Source: Spirochaetota bacterium | GTDB taxonomy: Bacteria; Spirochaetota; UBA4802; JAFGJZ01 | Length of the DNA: 64,000 nt | Assembly (NCBI GenBank): GCA_027858855.1 | Contig: JAQIBV010000039.1 | Location: forward strand, 18,544 to 82,543 | Direction: 5' to 3' | Notes under the pieces: model-generated | Seen by the model: only the letters and a program-made list of their open reading frames with translations | Told to the model about the DNA's origin: nothing | Database searches by the model: none | Shown here: piece by piece, positions 27,601 to 37,795 of the stretch | How positions within the stretch are numbered: position 1 is the stretch's first letter | Layout: each line of letters opens with the position of its first letter | Program-made: the position numbers and the translations under genes

Positions 27601-28017
27601 TCAGATGCCGACTGCAGGCGCAGCACGATTTTACTCTCTGACACCAAAATAACCTTTGAACAACTCGACAGAGATGTTGCGACTCTGTTTTTGAAGGGAA
27701 TTATATCGCTTTATGAAGATGGTCTCTATTATCCTTTGCGATTTGACTCTGCTGACTCCTATATGTTATACAGGGAAAGTCTTGATAGTGATAAAGATAT
27801 CTCTGATATTCTTGAAACAATAAAATATAAGAGTGGTGCCAGGTATGGTACTGACACCATCTATAATGATTATATAAAGAAGACCCAACAATACCGTCAA
27901 ATCTGCTTTCCTGATTCTGATATTTTTTATTCCCAACAGTTCACCGAATGCTCATTACGCTTTTTCAAAGGAATAAACGGTTATTTTTCCGAGTTGATGG
28001 AGGTTGAGAATGTCTGA
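24664..28017 (+). CDS. recC: Exodeoxyribonuclease V gamma subunit RecC
   Basis: N-terminus MPLYLYQSNRIENIIPPLAEAL resembles RecC N-termini (MLRVYHSNRLD...); size 1117 aa; operon with recB/recD. Confidence 0.85.
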   Translation: MPLYLYQSNRIENIIPPLAEALQSHSSDENLLATDYCLVQSIGMGRYFALELAGCSSIFANYRMVYPNAFLQLLASHHGIRDQVATKEQIGWKIFSLMKSGSVSHPALEHYCDGSDDLKLFTSAYALADIFDQYAMYRPTMVQAWDEGHAIKIDKGQTGSLDVQDEWQYILWRQIFDGTMNHKASFQKEVIASISSISDLPFKRLFILGVSTIPLFFLEVIHHISQFCNIHVGLLAPSGDYWEDIVNKKYRFFTALNQQASVDISDYFFTGNTILGSNGMLGRDFNQILSDYFGDELGIDRGDFFEDEPDTILGNIQRDIRELNDRGIFGDKEGAKFIRHESDRSLQIHGVHSKRRELEILHDTLLDILNNDSSVELRDILVMTPAINDYAPYIQAVFNEFRGSESFLDFSIADLSLATDSETVPAFLKIIALYRTRFTCSQIVSLLRYRPLTEKAGIPEDEIERVGFWLHEASFCWGRNAEDRKKLLNVSYDEYSLSFALTRLLHGYLFPRNYDQTFEDVFPSGDFEGEQAILMGKLIAFVSRIEQFTHSCEELRSCSGWESLLHDLVHDLFSDNDNYAESREMLFSSISRCTSASDSICSDEVPFEIIAHLLDTQLTTESRAFGFIDGRITFCEMLPMRSIPFKVIAIIGFNESDFPRAAMRNSYDLIHRYPRTGDRSTRYDDRYLFLETLLSARKFLYFSFQAYKESDNSRLFPSPLISELLHYLEENCENFNAAEFILYHKLQPFSADYVATRKTNSSEKDSSDYFTYDKRQPHRAQIYYKSKKNKSVFISDSITSEPESASFHLTLTSLKRFFQNSSRFFMQQRLGIRFTISSDEYENSEPYQMSKGTRRSLILTMVEEIISDKKIKSDKKTLRMNAILPLFAPGDAEYSSITAEAHDLYDRLSSETNVTTFSNCDARFSTDGKESTDTTRSVLVTGIFDLVNSDGHFVLFPSPRKQADREIAGWWLEHLLFQFSDADCRRSTILLSDTKITFEQLDRDVATLFLKGIISLYEDGLYYPLRFDSADSYMLYRESLDSDKDISDILETIKYKSGARYGTDTIYNDYIKKTQQYRQICFPDSDIFYSQQFTECSLRFFKGINGYFSELMEVENV

Positions 28018-31000
28018 TAATATCTCTGAGCTTGATTTAACAATACCACCTTCATCAGGTTCGGTTTTAGTAGAGGCCGGAGCCGGAACTGGTAAAACCT
28101 TCTCTATTGCGATTCTCTTTTTATGGGAAGTCATTGTGAAATACAGGAGTGTTGATTCGATTCTGGTTGTTACATTCACCGAAGCTGCAACTAGTGAATT
28201 GAAAGAACGTATACGTAATTTTTTAATGCTGGCACGCGATATTCTTTCAGGATCTTCAAAGAATGAACCGGCAGCTATATACATCAGAACTATCTGTGAA
28301 TACAATGCTGATGAAAAGGAGAAAGAGCGCCGAATGCTTATAGTGGCACAGGCAATCTATAATTTTGATGATGTTTCAATCTTTACCATTCATGGGTTCT
28401 GCCAGAGGATGCTCTCAGAGAATGCGTTTGAAACAGGCTCTCCATTTGCAACAGGGCTTCTGGACAATGAAGACGATGTGGTACGACAAATTGTAGATGA
28501 TTATTACCGCTCGTACATTTACCGTCAAGATATAAGCAGCTATTCTGCTCTTGTTGATAGCAATGTAAGTGTTAACCGACTTACGAAATGGACTCTTCAG
28601 TACATAAAACAGAATGATATAGTTATTACTCCAGAGACAGAGGTTGATATTACCAATTCTTTCGTTGATAAAGAGATGATAGAGTTAATCGAAGATATTA
28701 CTGAATGCGCGTTGGTTCTTCGCGAAACAGCAATTGAGTGCCGTGCCGAAATAGAATCATTTTTCAATGTTGATAATAAATTTAAAGTAGCATATACTAT
28801 GAAACTGGTAGTTGAAAATCTTGATCTATGTATAAAGTTTGATCCTAATACTATTTCGTTTGATAAAGGGGCTAAAAAGGCGGTTCAATTTTTTTCACCA
28901 GTAAAGATAAAGTCCAAAGGATTGAAAAAAGCTTTCATTGATGAACCGGTTTCACACTTCTTCTTTGAAATGAGCGAGACTCTATTATCCAAGATTGAAA
29001 AGTATGAAGCAAAAATGGAAGAGATCCCGCTTCGTGTAACAGCTCTTTATCATGATCTTTTCGCATATACCAAAAAACGTCTCTCTGAATACAAGTCGGA
29101 ACGCCACCTGATAAGCTACAATGACATGCTTGCAAATCTGGATGCTGCCTTGACTGGAATGACAGATCTGGCTGCCCGAATACGTACACGATACAGATCT
29201 GTCTTTATTGATGAGTTTCAGGATACAGATCCATTACAGTATCGAATATTCTCTACTATATTTAAAGAGGCTGACGTTCCGCTCTACTTTATCGGAGATC
29301 CGAAACAGGCAATATATTCGTTTCGAGGTGCCGACTTGAACACCTACCTAGAGGCCGCTAAAGCCTGTTCGAAAACCTATTCGCTAACTACTAATTATCG
29401 CTCTACAGAAGATGTTCTTTCTCCGATAAACAGACTCTTCAGTGGCAAGGCACCTTTTATTGAAGAGGGAATAGTCTATGCTGATGCGCAAACTGCGGGA
29501 CAACCACAAGAGAGAGAAGTAATCGATGATGGGCAAACCAATTTTATAATTCCTTTAATTAATGATATGAATTCTGGAGGCACACAGTCCCTGATAGCCG
29601 AACATGTTGCTATGGAAATCGAAAAGATATTAAAACTTTCAGCTGATGGAAAAACATGCTTAACAGATTCCAATAGTAAACAACCACGTTCGATTCGCCC
29701 GTCCGATATTGCTGTGCTGGTAAGAACATCGACTCAGGGAAGTATAGTCGCAAATGCAATACGTGAACGTGGAATTACCGCAATCGAGATTTCTCCTGAC
29801 TCAGTATACAGAAGTCATGAGTTTTTTGAAATGGAGCTTTTACTTTTTTCTCTTGCTGACCCCTATAGTAGCAGCAAACTATTTGCCCTTTTATCGACCC
29901 GTATCTGTTCATTTTCTGCAAGTAAGATCGACAGCCTTCATATTGGTGAAAGTGAAGAATACAATGATTTGCTTCTGGCAATACGCAATTATGCGGAATT
30001 GTGGCGCGAAAAGGGATTTCATGCCGCAGTACTCGCAATCTTCGACGATTTCAAAACCTATGAATCAGTTCTTGGTCTGGAGGGTGGAGAACGTATTATC
30101 ACTAATTACATGCATATTATTGAGCTTTTTCATGATTACTGTCTTAAAACCGGTGCCGGTCCAGATGAATTACTTTTTCACATTCAACTGATAAAGAGAG
30201 GGGATACCGGCGAAAATGAGACTGAAGTCCCAGTGCGTATGGAAAGTGATGAACAGGCTGTTATAATCTCGACAATCCATAAAAGCAAAGGGTTGGAATA
30301 TCCTATAGTTTTCGTACCATACTGCTGGAAAAATTCTGCGCCACTTTCCGGTTCCCCATTTACTTTTCACCGCAATGGTAAACGCTATCTGGATATTAGT
30401 GCCTCCTCCAAGTCTGATAATTACGCTACCTGCTGTAATGAAATCCTATCCGAAAATATCCGTCTGCTTTATGTTGCTCTAACACGTGCACGTAGCCGAG
30501 TTTACCTCTACTGGGGCGAAATAAAAAATAGAAACAGGAATTTTTACTCTTCGGCACTCGATTATCTTCTGTTCAGAGATTGTGTTTCAGATATAGAAGA
30601 TGTCGTTATGAATTTACGTAGCAATCTTGAAGAAGAGAAGCCGTCGGTGTATAATAGGGTTAAAGACTATTTTAAAGGGTATGCAGTAACCGCTTATAAT
30701 GTGATTGAAGTTCCGGCTGAGTCCGATTATATCCCTGTAGAGCGCACATGCAACTTTTCAAGCCGCGAATTTACACGATCCATCGATAACTCCTGGAAGA
30801 TTAACAGCTATTCCTACATCACTTCTGGAATTCGGAATGAAGGTCAACATGAGCGTCACTATCAGAGTGGAAATCCTGTTCCAGACGACATGCTTCCTCC
30901 CGGGGCTGCTGCTGGAAATTGCTTCCATGCTATTCTTGAACAGATCGCCTTTATTCAACCGGTCTCTGATTATGATGAACTGATAGAAGATCAGTTACGG

Positions 31001-31570
31001 ATGCACGGCTTTAATAAAACTTACAAAGATTATGTGAGTCGTTGTATTGATTCGGTACTTAAAGCACCTCTTCAAAAAAATTTTTCACTTTCATTACTGA
31101 CTGACCGCGACCGAATTCACGAAATGGAATTTTATTTTCCCATAGAATCGGTTAAACTGCAAAATCTGATATCAGTTGTGAATAGCTACTATCCTGAATT
31201 TCACTCTACAGAAAACACCCTCTTTTCTTCGGAACTAAAGGGTTACATGAAGGGTTTCATAGATTTGGTCTTTCAAAAAGAGGGCAAGCTTTATATAGCA
31301 GACTGGAAGAGTAATTACCTGTCAGGCAGTTATGAAGAGAACGCAATAACCGATTCTATGAAAATGCATAACTATCATATTCAACTGGTTATCTACTCTA
31401 TTGCCCTATGGCGGTATATTCGATCTCGAACGGGCACTTATAACTATCAGGTCTTCGGGGGAGTCTACTATTTTTATGTTCGAGGGATGGAGACTGATTC
31501 ACAGAATGGAGTCTATTTTAACCGTCCGCAACAGAAGTTTCTAGAAGAGGCTAACAGCTGCTTTTTATAA
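28010..31570 (+). CDS. recB: Exodeoxyribonuclease V beta subunit RecB (UvrD-like helicase + C-terminal PD-(D/E)xK nuclease); ATG at 28010 preferred over the TTG at 28004
   Basis: Walker A EAGAGTGKTFS; helicase motifs (VFIDEFQDTD; YRS near the end of the helicase domain; VALTRAR); C-terminal nuclease motifs (GFIDLV...DWKSN). GGAGG RBS 7 nt before 28010. Confidence 0.9.
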   Translation: MSDNISELDLTIPPSSGSVLVEAGAGTGKTFSIAILFLWEVIVKYRSVDSILVVTFTEAATSELKERIRNFLMLARDILSGSSKNEPAAIYIRTICEYNADEKEKERRMLIVAQAIYNFDDVSIFTIHGFCQRMLSENAFETGSPFATGLLDNEDDVVRQIVDDYYRSYIYRQDISSYSALVDSNVSVNRLTKWTLQYIKQNDIVITPETEVDITNSFVDKEMIELIEDITECALVLRETAIECRAEIESFFNVDNKFKVAYTMKLVVENLDLCIKFDPNTISFDKGAKKAVQFFSPVKIKSKGLKKAFIDEPVSHFFFEMSETLLSKIEKYEAKMEEIPLRVTALYHDLFAYTKKRLSEYKSERHLISYNDMLANLDAALTGMTDLAARIRTRYRSVFIDEFQDTDPLQYRIFSTIFKEADVPLYFIGDPKQAIYSFRGADLNTYLEAAKACSKTYSLTTNYRSTEDVLSPINRLFSGKAPFIEEGIVYADAQTAGQPQEREVIDDGQTNFIIPLINDMNSGGTQSLIAEHVAMEIEKILKLSADGKTCLTDSNSKQPRSIRPSDIAVLVRTSTQGSIVANAIRERGITAIEISPDSVYRSHEFFEMELLLFSLADPYSSSKLFALLSTRICSFSASKIDSLHIGESEEYNDLLLAIRNYAELWREKGFHAAVLAIFDDFKTYESVLGLEGGERIITNYMHIIELFHDYCLKTGAGPDELLFHIQLIKRGDTGENETEVPVRMESDEQAVIISTIHKSKGLEYPIVFVPYCWKNSAPLSGSPFTFHRNGKRYLDISASSKSDNYATCCNEILSENIRLLYVALTRARSRVYLYWGEIKNRNRNFYSSALDYLLFRDCVSDIEDVVMNLRSNLEEEKPSVYNRVKDYFKGYAVTAYNVIEVPAESDYIPVERTCNFSSREFTRSIDNSWKINSYSYITSGIRNEGQHERHYQSGNPVPDDMLPPGAAAGNCFHAILEQIAFIQPVSDYDELIEDQLRMHGFNKTYKDYVSRCIDSVLKAPLQKNFSLSLLTDRDRIHEMEFYFPIESVKLQNLISVVNSYYPEFHSTENTLFSSELKGYMKGFIDLVFQKEGKLYIADWKSNYLSGSYEENAITDSMKMHNYHIQLVIYSIALWRYIRSRTGTYNYQVFGGVYYFYVRGMETDSQNGVYFNRPQQKFLEEANSCFL

Positions 31571-31620
31571 AACAATAATAACAGCATGAACCGGATTCCA
31601 ACGACTATCAGGAAGATACT

Positions 31621-33531
31621 ATGATAACCGATATTAAATCAACAGAAGAATTTTACAGCAGATACGAATTACTCTTTTCTTCAGGTCTGTTTTGTTCTAC
31701 CGATCGATACTGTGCTGATTACATATTGAAACATGAAGCATGTTATGACCCGACCTATCATCTTCTGCTTCTGGTACTTTCATACTCCTCATTACGCTCT
31801 CATGTCTGTTACCGATTTGGGAGTGATCCTTTTGGTGAAGACGCTCTGAAGCTGACAGATGAAACTGTTATTGCCCAACTGCAACAGCTATGTGAACTAT
31901 TATCTAAATGTGAAAGTCACTTTTTAAAACAGTTCGCAACTGTGAGTGATGGAAGTAGCGTTACACCTGTTGTGATATATAACGACAGCATCTATCTTTA
32001 TAAAAACTTCTATCATGAAAAGTCAGCTGCTCGCATTTTAATAGAGCGTGCCTCACGTGCACCTCGAACAGATGTTGCAGAGATGTCATTGGCGGCACGA
32101 CTCCTTTTCCCTGACTGCGATAAACCAGGTTCTGTGAATTGGCAGTATATCGCTGCACAGGTTTCACTTCGTAACTTTTTAACTGTAATCACAGGAGGCC
32201 CCGGTACAGGGAAGACGACTACAGTATTTAAAATATTCCTGCTGCTCTACTCTTTATATCAGAGTCAGGGGCGTACTTTTTCTGCCGTACTTACAGCGCC
32301 GACAGGTAAGGCTGCGGCTCGAATGCAGGCGGCATTCGGACAGGCTCGTCGTACTATTCTTGAAGACAAGACCTTACCTGATCTGTTCCGTTTAACTGAT
32401 GACACGGGCGACATAAACTCACTCACGCTTCACAGGCTAATAGGTCTGGGACGGAATGTTTCTGAAAATGATATTACATCGCTTCCCTACGACCTAGTGA
32501 TAGTGGATGAGGCATCCATGATGTCTCTTTCTCAACTCTATAAGCTCCTGATTCATCTGCGGGATGATACTTCTTTAATTTTACTGGGTGACAGTCAACA
32601 GCTCTCTTCAGTGGATGCTGGAGCTGTACTTGCAGATATTTGCGAAGGGGGTAACCGTACGCTCTATTCTGAACAGTTTACAACTTTAGCACAGGAGTGC
32701 GGCTGTAAAATTCCTTCTGAACTTTGCACAGGCTTAAGATACGGGCTGCGTGACTCTGTTGTATATCTTACCGAGAGCTACCGCTTTTCAGAAAGGAGTT
32801 CAATCGGCTTATGTGCCACCGCTATAAAAGCCGGAGATACCGGCCGGTTTATGGATCTTATCGAAGAAGGAAATTCTGAAATAAAATTTATCGAAACTGA
32901 CGGTAAAAATGATATGAAACAATCTATTGAATCAGTTATTGCAATGATTAATAAATCTTCGTCAGATCCGTATGGTTCTTTTTTGAATAATGTATTGATT
33001 GAAGATAAAATTATCATTTTTAATCAGACCATGTTCTTATGTGCAGTACGCAGTGGCCCTTGCGGTGTTGAGTCTGTAAATACTATTCTGGAAAACTATC
33101 TTCGTAAACAGTGTGACAAATCTGGGGGCTCTTTTGATACACGACCTATACTTATTACAAAGAATATGTATGATCTTGATCTTTACAATGGAGATACGGG
33201 TCTGTCTATTCAGGAGGGTAAAGCCTGTTATTTTTATCATTTGAATGAAAACGACTATTCAATCAAAAAAATAAATTTCTCATTAATCAATCACTTTGAG
33301 CCTGTGTACTGTATGACAGTACACAAAAGCCAAGGATCTGAATACAATAGCGTGGTAATAGTATTACCCGATCGTCAATCACCAGTTTTGTCACGAGAGC
33401 TATTATACACTGCATTCACACGTGCAAAAAAAAGAGTCTATATTATTGGGAGGCAGGACATAGTTAAATACACTATTGAAACAGCCCGTAATCGTATGTC
33501 GGGTCTTTCAACTCAGTTATATGGTAGTTAA
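31621..33531 (+). CDS. recD: Exodeoxyribonuclease V alpha subunit RecD
   Basis: Walker A ITGGPGTGKTTTV; Walker B IVDEASM; C-terminal helicase motifs (TVHKSQGSE, TAFTRAKK). Confidence 0.85.
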   Translation: MITDIKSTEEFYSRYELLFSSGLFCSTDRYCADYILKHEACYDPTYHLLLLVLSYSSLRSHVCYRFGSDPFGEDALKLTDETVIAQLQQLCELLSKCESHFLKQFATVSDGSSVTPVVIYNDSIYLYKNFYHEKSAARILIERASRAPRTDVAEMSLAARLLFPDCDKPGSVNWQYIAAQVSLRNFLTVITGGPGTGKTTTVFKIFLLLYSLYQSQGRTFSAVLTAPTGKAAARMQAAFGQARRTILEDKTLPDLFRLTDDTGDINSLTLHRLIGLGRNVSENDITSLPYDLVIVDEASMMSLSQLYKLLIHLRDDTSLILLGDSQQLSSVDAGAVLADICEGGNRTLYSEQFTTLAQECGCKIPSELCTGLRYGLRDSVVYLTESYRFSERSSIGLCATAIKAGDTGRFMDLIEEGNSEIKFIETDGKNDMKQSIESVIAMINKSSSDPYGSFLNNVLIEDKIIIFNQTMFLCAVRSGPCGVESVNTILENYLRKQCDKSGGSFDTRPILITKNMYDLDLYNGDTGLSIQEGKACYFYHLNENDYSIKKINFSLINHFEPVYCMTVHKSQGSEYNSVVIVLPDRQSPVLSRELLYTAFTRAKKRVYIIGRQDIVKYTIETARNRMSGLSTQLYGS

Positions 33532-33608
33532 ACTTCTTGACACCTGCTATTTAATACATAAACTGAGATTCTGCTAAATTAATCTGAAATTTAATCTGGA
33601 GATTAGAA

Positions 33609-34850
33609 ATGATCCTTACGCACATAAGTCAAACTTTAGTTGAATTGGGGCTTCAGGTACAGTATGCTGGTAAGGTCTCGTATGCTGTTCTTGTAGCTTT
33701 TATAATTGCTATAAGCATTATAGCCAATATCATCACAAAAAAAATAATTCTAAGGGTTGCAACCTGGTATATACGTAACAACCGTTTTACCTGGGACAAC
33801 GTTATGCTTGACCGTAAGGTCTTTCAAAGACTTTCGCATCTGGTTCCAGCAGTAATCATATATATCTTTATAAATATGTTTCCAGAGAGTTTTCAGGAAC
33901 CCCTGAATCGCGGTGTAAAGATTTATGTAATATTTATTGCAGTAATAACACTTCACGCCTTTCTTGATGCAATCAATGATATCTATAACACCTTTCAGAT
34001 CGCCAAAACGCGTCCAATAAAAAGCTATATACAGGTTAGCAAAATTTTCATTACTGTTATAGGTTTTGTTCTAATGATTGCCGGTATCATGGGAAAGAGT
34101 CCATCAATACTTCTCGGTGGTATTGGTGCTTTATCAGCAGTTCTTATGCTGGTATTCAAAGATTCCATTCTTGGTCTTGTTGGTGGTGTTCAGCTATCAA
34201 CAAACGATATGGTCAGGGTGGGTGACTGGATAGAGATGCCTCGTTACGGTGCCGATGGTGACGTAATTGATATCTCGCTTAATACGGTAAAGGTTCAGAA
34301 TTTTGACCGCACTATTACGACCATTCCAACCTATGCTCTTGTGTCCGATTCGTTTAAGAATTGGCGGGGCATGCAGGAAGCAGGCGGAAGGCGGATGATG
34401 CGTGCCATTAATATTGATATTGCGAGTATTAAGTTTTGTGATTCAGAAATGCTTGATACATATAAAAAAATATTTCATTTAACTGAATATATAGAATGTC
34501 GTCAAAAAGAGATTGATGAATATAACAAAGAGTTTGGTGCCGACCCTTCGATACCTGTAAACGGCCGGCGCATGACTAATATCGGTGTTTTCCGGAGATA
34601 CATCGCAAACTATCTGAAAAATCATCCTAAAATTCATAACGAAATGATTCAGATTGTGCGTCAGCTTGCACCTGCTGAAAACGGACTTCCCCTTCAGATA
34701 TATGTATTCATCAATGATACAAACTGGGGTAACTATGAAGAGGTACAGGCGGATATCTTTGACCATATACTCGCTGTTGCTCCATGTTTTAAATTAAGGA
34801 TTTTTCAGAATCCAACAGGTTACGACTTCCAGACCGGTTTTACAAAATAG
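33609..34850 (+). CDS. Small-conductance mechanosensitive channel, MscS family
   Basis: MscS core (LGGIGALSAVLMLVFKDSILGLVGG...VRVGDWIEMP...GDVIDISLNTVKVQNFDRTITTIPT). Confidence 0.8.
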   Translation: MILTHISQTLVELGLQVQYAGKVSYAVLVAFIIAISIIANIITKKIILRVATWYIRNNRFTWDNVMLDRKVFQRLSHLVPAVIIYIFINMFPESFQEPLNRGVKIYVIFIAVITLHAFLDAINDIYNTFQIAKTRPIKSYIQVSKIFITVIGFVLMIAGIMGKSPSILLGGIGALSAVLMLVFKDSILGLVGGVQLSTNDMVRVGDWIEMPRYGADGDVIDISLNTVKVQNFDRTITTIPTYALVSDSFKNWRGMQEAGGRRMMRAINIDIASIKFCDSEMLDTYKKIFHLTEYIECRQKEIDEYNKEFGADPSIPVNGRRMTNIGVFRRYIANYLKNHPKIHNEMIQIVRQLAPAENGLPLQIYVFINDTNWGNYEEVQADIFDHILAVAPCFKLRIFQNPTGYDFQTGFTK

Positions 34851-34952
34851 CAGGGGATTTCGAAAACCACTATTGAGAATTTTTCCTGGTATTCTGTTTG
34901 ACTCAATATAACCCGACTTTATTGTTACTTGAAAATTCGGCCGGATGGTGCA

Positions 34953-36128
34953 ATGGAAATTCCTTTTCATAAAATAGATATTACTGAAGAAGACATATCA
35001 GCAGTAGCCGAAACTATGCGGGGCGGCTGGCTTACAATGGGGCCGAAAACCTTCGAGTTTGAACGCACCTTTGCCTCTTTTCTTGAATGTGATGATGCCG
35101 TTGCTGTTAGCTCGTGCACGGCTGCTCTTCATCTAGCTCTTGCAGCCGAAGATATCGGTCCTGGAGATGAGGTAATAATCCCTGTTACAACTTTCGTAGC
35201 GACATCTGAAGCGGTACTCTATACCGGTGCAAAGCCGGTATTTGCGGATGTTCTTACCAGTGACCACACAATTGATCCAGAGCATGTAAAACAATTAATC
35301 ACTCCGAAAACCCGGGCAATTATCGCAGTACACTATTCAGGTAATCCCGCCCGAATGGAAGAACTGTTGCAGGTTGCCCGTGAACACTCCCTGATTTTAA
35401 TTGAAGACGCTGCTCATGCTTTTCCGGCATCATATAACGGCCGGACTTTGGGGACAATTGGGGACTACGGCTGTTTTAGTTTTTATGCGACTAAAACCAT
35501 AACCACAGGCGAGGGTGGAATGATTGTTTCTCCTTATACCGAAAAACTTGAACGTATACGCTCGCTACGCCTACACGGCATCTCTAAAAGCGCCTGGAAT
35601 AGATATGCAAAAGGGGGCAAGGCTCGTTATGATGTTTATGAAAATGGTTACAAGTATAATATGACCGATACAGCCGCTGCCCTTGGGCTTTCTCAACTTA
35701 AACGGTGTGGCAGTTCTTTACAGAAACGCCGTAAAATAGCTGAGCACTACGAATCTTTTTTCAGTAAAAGCTCTCTGCTTATCCCTTATGAAATCTGCTC
35801 TGAAAATATGAGTGCGCACCACCTCTATCCTTTGAGACTGAACATTGAGCTTCTTGATCTGGATATCGATATATTTGCAGATAAACTTATGGAAAGGGGA
35901 ATTGCTACCTCTCTGCATTTTATACCTTTTTACGAATTTACCTATTATCAAACAAGTCTTAAAAAAGAGGATTATCCGGGAGCACAGTGGATCTATGAAC
36001 GTTGTATATCATTACCGATTTACCCGGCAATGAATAGTGAACAGATTAGCTATACCGCTGATGCTGTTATGGATATTTGCAATAAATATAAAAAAACCAT
36101 GCCTGGACGGCTCACTAATGAAAAGTAA
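34953..36128 (+). CDS. DegT/DnrJ/EryC1/StrS-family PLP-dependent sugar aminotransferase (ATG at 34953 preferred over the TTG at 34929)
   Basis: SSCTAALHLAL; active-site Lys context FSFYATKTITTGEGG. Confidence 0.8.
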   Translation: MEIPFHKIDITEEDISAVAETMRGGWLTMGPKTFEFERTFASFLECDDAVAVSSCTAALHLALAAEDIGPGDEVIIPVTTFVATSEAVLYTGAKPVFADVLTSDHTIDPEHVKQLITPKTRAIIAVHYSGNPARMEELLQVAREHSLILIEDAAHAFPASYNGRTLGTIGDYGCFSFYATKTITTGEGGMIVSPYTEKLERIRSLRLHGISKSAWNRYAKGGKARYDVYENGYKYNMTDTAAALGLSQLKRCGSSLQKRRKIAEHYESFFSKSSLLIPYEICSENMSAHHLYPLRLNIELLDLDIDIFADKLMERGIATSLHFIPFYEFTYYQTSLKKEDYPGAQWIYERCISLPIYPAMNSEQISYTADAVMDICNKYKKTMPGRLTNEK

Positions 36129-37521
36129 AGTTTTAATATATGGAGCAGGTTCAGCTGGCCGTTCCATTGCCCATGAACTATCACGGACATCTACCGTCAT
36201 TACCGGATTTATTGATGACAACCCAGAGCTTCAGGGATCAGTTATTGCTGGAATTCCCGTTTTGGGCGATAGTTCTTCCATTCGGGAAGTCATTCAGCAA
36301 TACGTCATTACCCGATTTATTGCGGCTATTCCTTCAGCTCATACTGAAAAAATTAACAGCGCTCTTTATGATGTCTTAGGTTGTGATCGAGAAATTAAGG
36401 TTCAGATCCTTCCTTATGTAACCCGTTTTTTTGAATCACCTCTGATAAACGAACTCGAGGATTCCTCATATATTAAGCTAATAGATAGAGAAGAGATAAG
36501 TTGTGATACTGATTATCTGACGCACAAGTATTCAGGTAAAACCGTGCTTGTGACCGGAGCCGGTGGCAGCATCGGTTCCGAGTTGTGTCGTATGCTTCTA
36601 AGGCTTTCGGTTTCAAGGCTTATCTGTCTGGGACATGGCGAGGGTTCAATTTATTCACTTTCCCGCTCACTGGAGGGTTTTGGCAGCAATACACCTGTAG
36701 AATATGTAATCGCCGATGTTAAGGATAAGGTGCAACTCTTAAAAATAATGGAACGTTTTCAACCCGATACCGTATTTCATGCTGCTGCTCATAAACATGT
36801 GCCGTTAATGGAAACAAATCGCAGAGAGGCTTGCATTAATAACATAGCTGGCACACGCTGCCTTTTGGAAGTGGCTGATAAAGCAAATGTTGAATCTTTT
36901 GTTTTCATCTCTACCGATAAGGCTGTTTACCCATCCTCCATTATGGGTGCAACAAAACGTGCTGGAGAATTATTGACACTCTCCTTTTCGGGAGACATGA
37001 AATGTTCTGTTGTAAGATTCGGAAATGTTCTGGGAAGTCGGGGATCCGTAATCCCACTCTTTAATGATCAGGTAGAGCGGGGTGGACCGGTAACAATTAC
37101 CGATTCCAAGATGCGCCGTTATTTTATGACCATTCCCGAAGCTGCTATTCTTGTTATTCATGCCGCAATAATGAATGATTATTCACTGTTTATTCTGAAT
37201 ATGGGACGGGAGTATTATATTCAGGAAATCGCCGAGAATATAATACGGTCAAAATGCCTTATACCCGGCAAAGATATTAAAATCATCTATACAGGGCTTC
37301 GCATGGGCGAAAAGTTGAGTGAAGAGCTTGTGTATAAAAACGAACAAAAAAAATCTACCGGCAACTCGAATATCATTGCACTACGTCCTGAGTATTCAGT
37401 AAACTATAATACTCGGAATGCGATTGATCAGTTTCTTTTGTCTCTTCCTCTTTATAATGAAAATGAAATTGAGACTAAATTGTTCTCCGTTATCAAGGAG
37501 TTACCGAAAATTCAGGATTGA
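36118..37521 (+). CDS. CapD/PglF/WbpM-like nucleotide-sugar 4,6-dehydratase (polysaccharide biosynthesis protein); ATG at 36118 preferred over the GTG at 36037
   Basis: Two Rossmann motifs (VLIYGAGSAGRS, VLVTGAGGSIGSEL); YPSSIMGATKRAGE catalytic YxxxK; overlaps degT stop by 11 nt. Confidence 0.8.
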   Translation: MKSKVLIYGAGSAGRSIAHELSRTSTVITGFIDDNPELQGSVIAGIPVLGDSSSIREVIQQYVITRFIAAIPSAHTEKINSALYDVLGCDREIKVQILPYVTRFFESPLINELEDSSYIKLIDREEISCDTDYLTHKYSGKTVLVTGAGGSIGSELCRMLLRLSVSRLICLGHGEGSIYSLSRSLEGFGSNTPVEYVIADVKDKVQLLKIMERFQPDTVFHAAAHKHVPLMETNRREACINNIAGTRCLLEVADKANVESFVFISTDKAVYPSSIMGATKRAGELLTLSFSGDMKCSVVRFGNVLGSRGSVIPLFNDQVERGGPVTITDSKMRRYFMTIPEAAILVIHAAIMNDYSLFILNMGREYYIQEIAENIIRSKCLIPGKDIKIIYTGLRMGEKLSEELVYKNEQKKSTGNSNIIALRPEYSVNYNTRNAIDQFLLSLPLYNENEIETKLFSVIKELPKIQD

Positions 37522-37615
37522 TTTTTTTTTGTGGTGAATTTGACGTTTTAAAGGGTTATATAAGTATTCTCTGATAATTAACTTATTAACAATGGTTTCC
37601 ATAATTTAAACAATT

Positions 37616-37658
37616 AATGCTTATCTTTCTTTGCCGTAGGCGGAAAAAGATAAGCATT
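37616..37658. other. Perfect 13-bp-arm hairpin AATGCTTATCTTT...AAAGATAAGCATT with an internal CCG/CGG mini-stem, in the capD-ugd intergenic region
   Basis: Read directly; no strong U-tract on either strand, so a classic terminator is uncertain. Confidence 0.5.
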
Positions 37659-37795
37659 TGTTGTGAATGTATTCATAACAAAAATTTATCTTGTAAATAA
37701 TTGCTCTGAATATTTAATAGATTTTAAATAAAATCAGGATTGAGTAGAATTAATAACCGGAAATAAATTCCGATCGATTATATTAAGGAGTTAAC

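Noticed and set aside
33532-33608. Short direct repeats AATTAATCTG / ATTTAATCTG and a TTGACA hexamer upstream of mscS, considered as promoter or operator
   Set aside because: I could not pair the -35-like hexamer with a convincing -10 at 15-19 nt spacing. The repeats are only 10 nt and the region is AT-rich.
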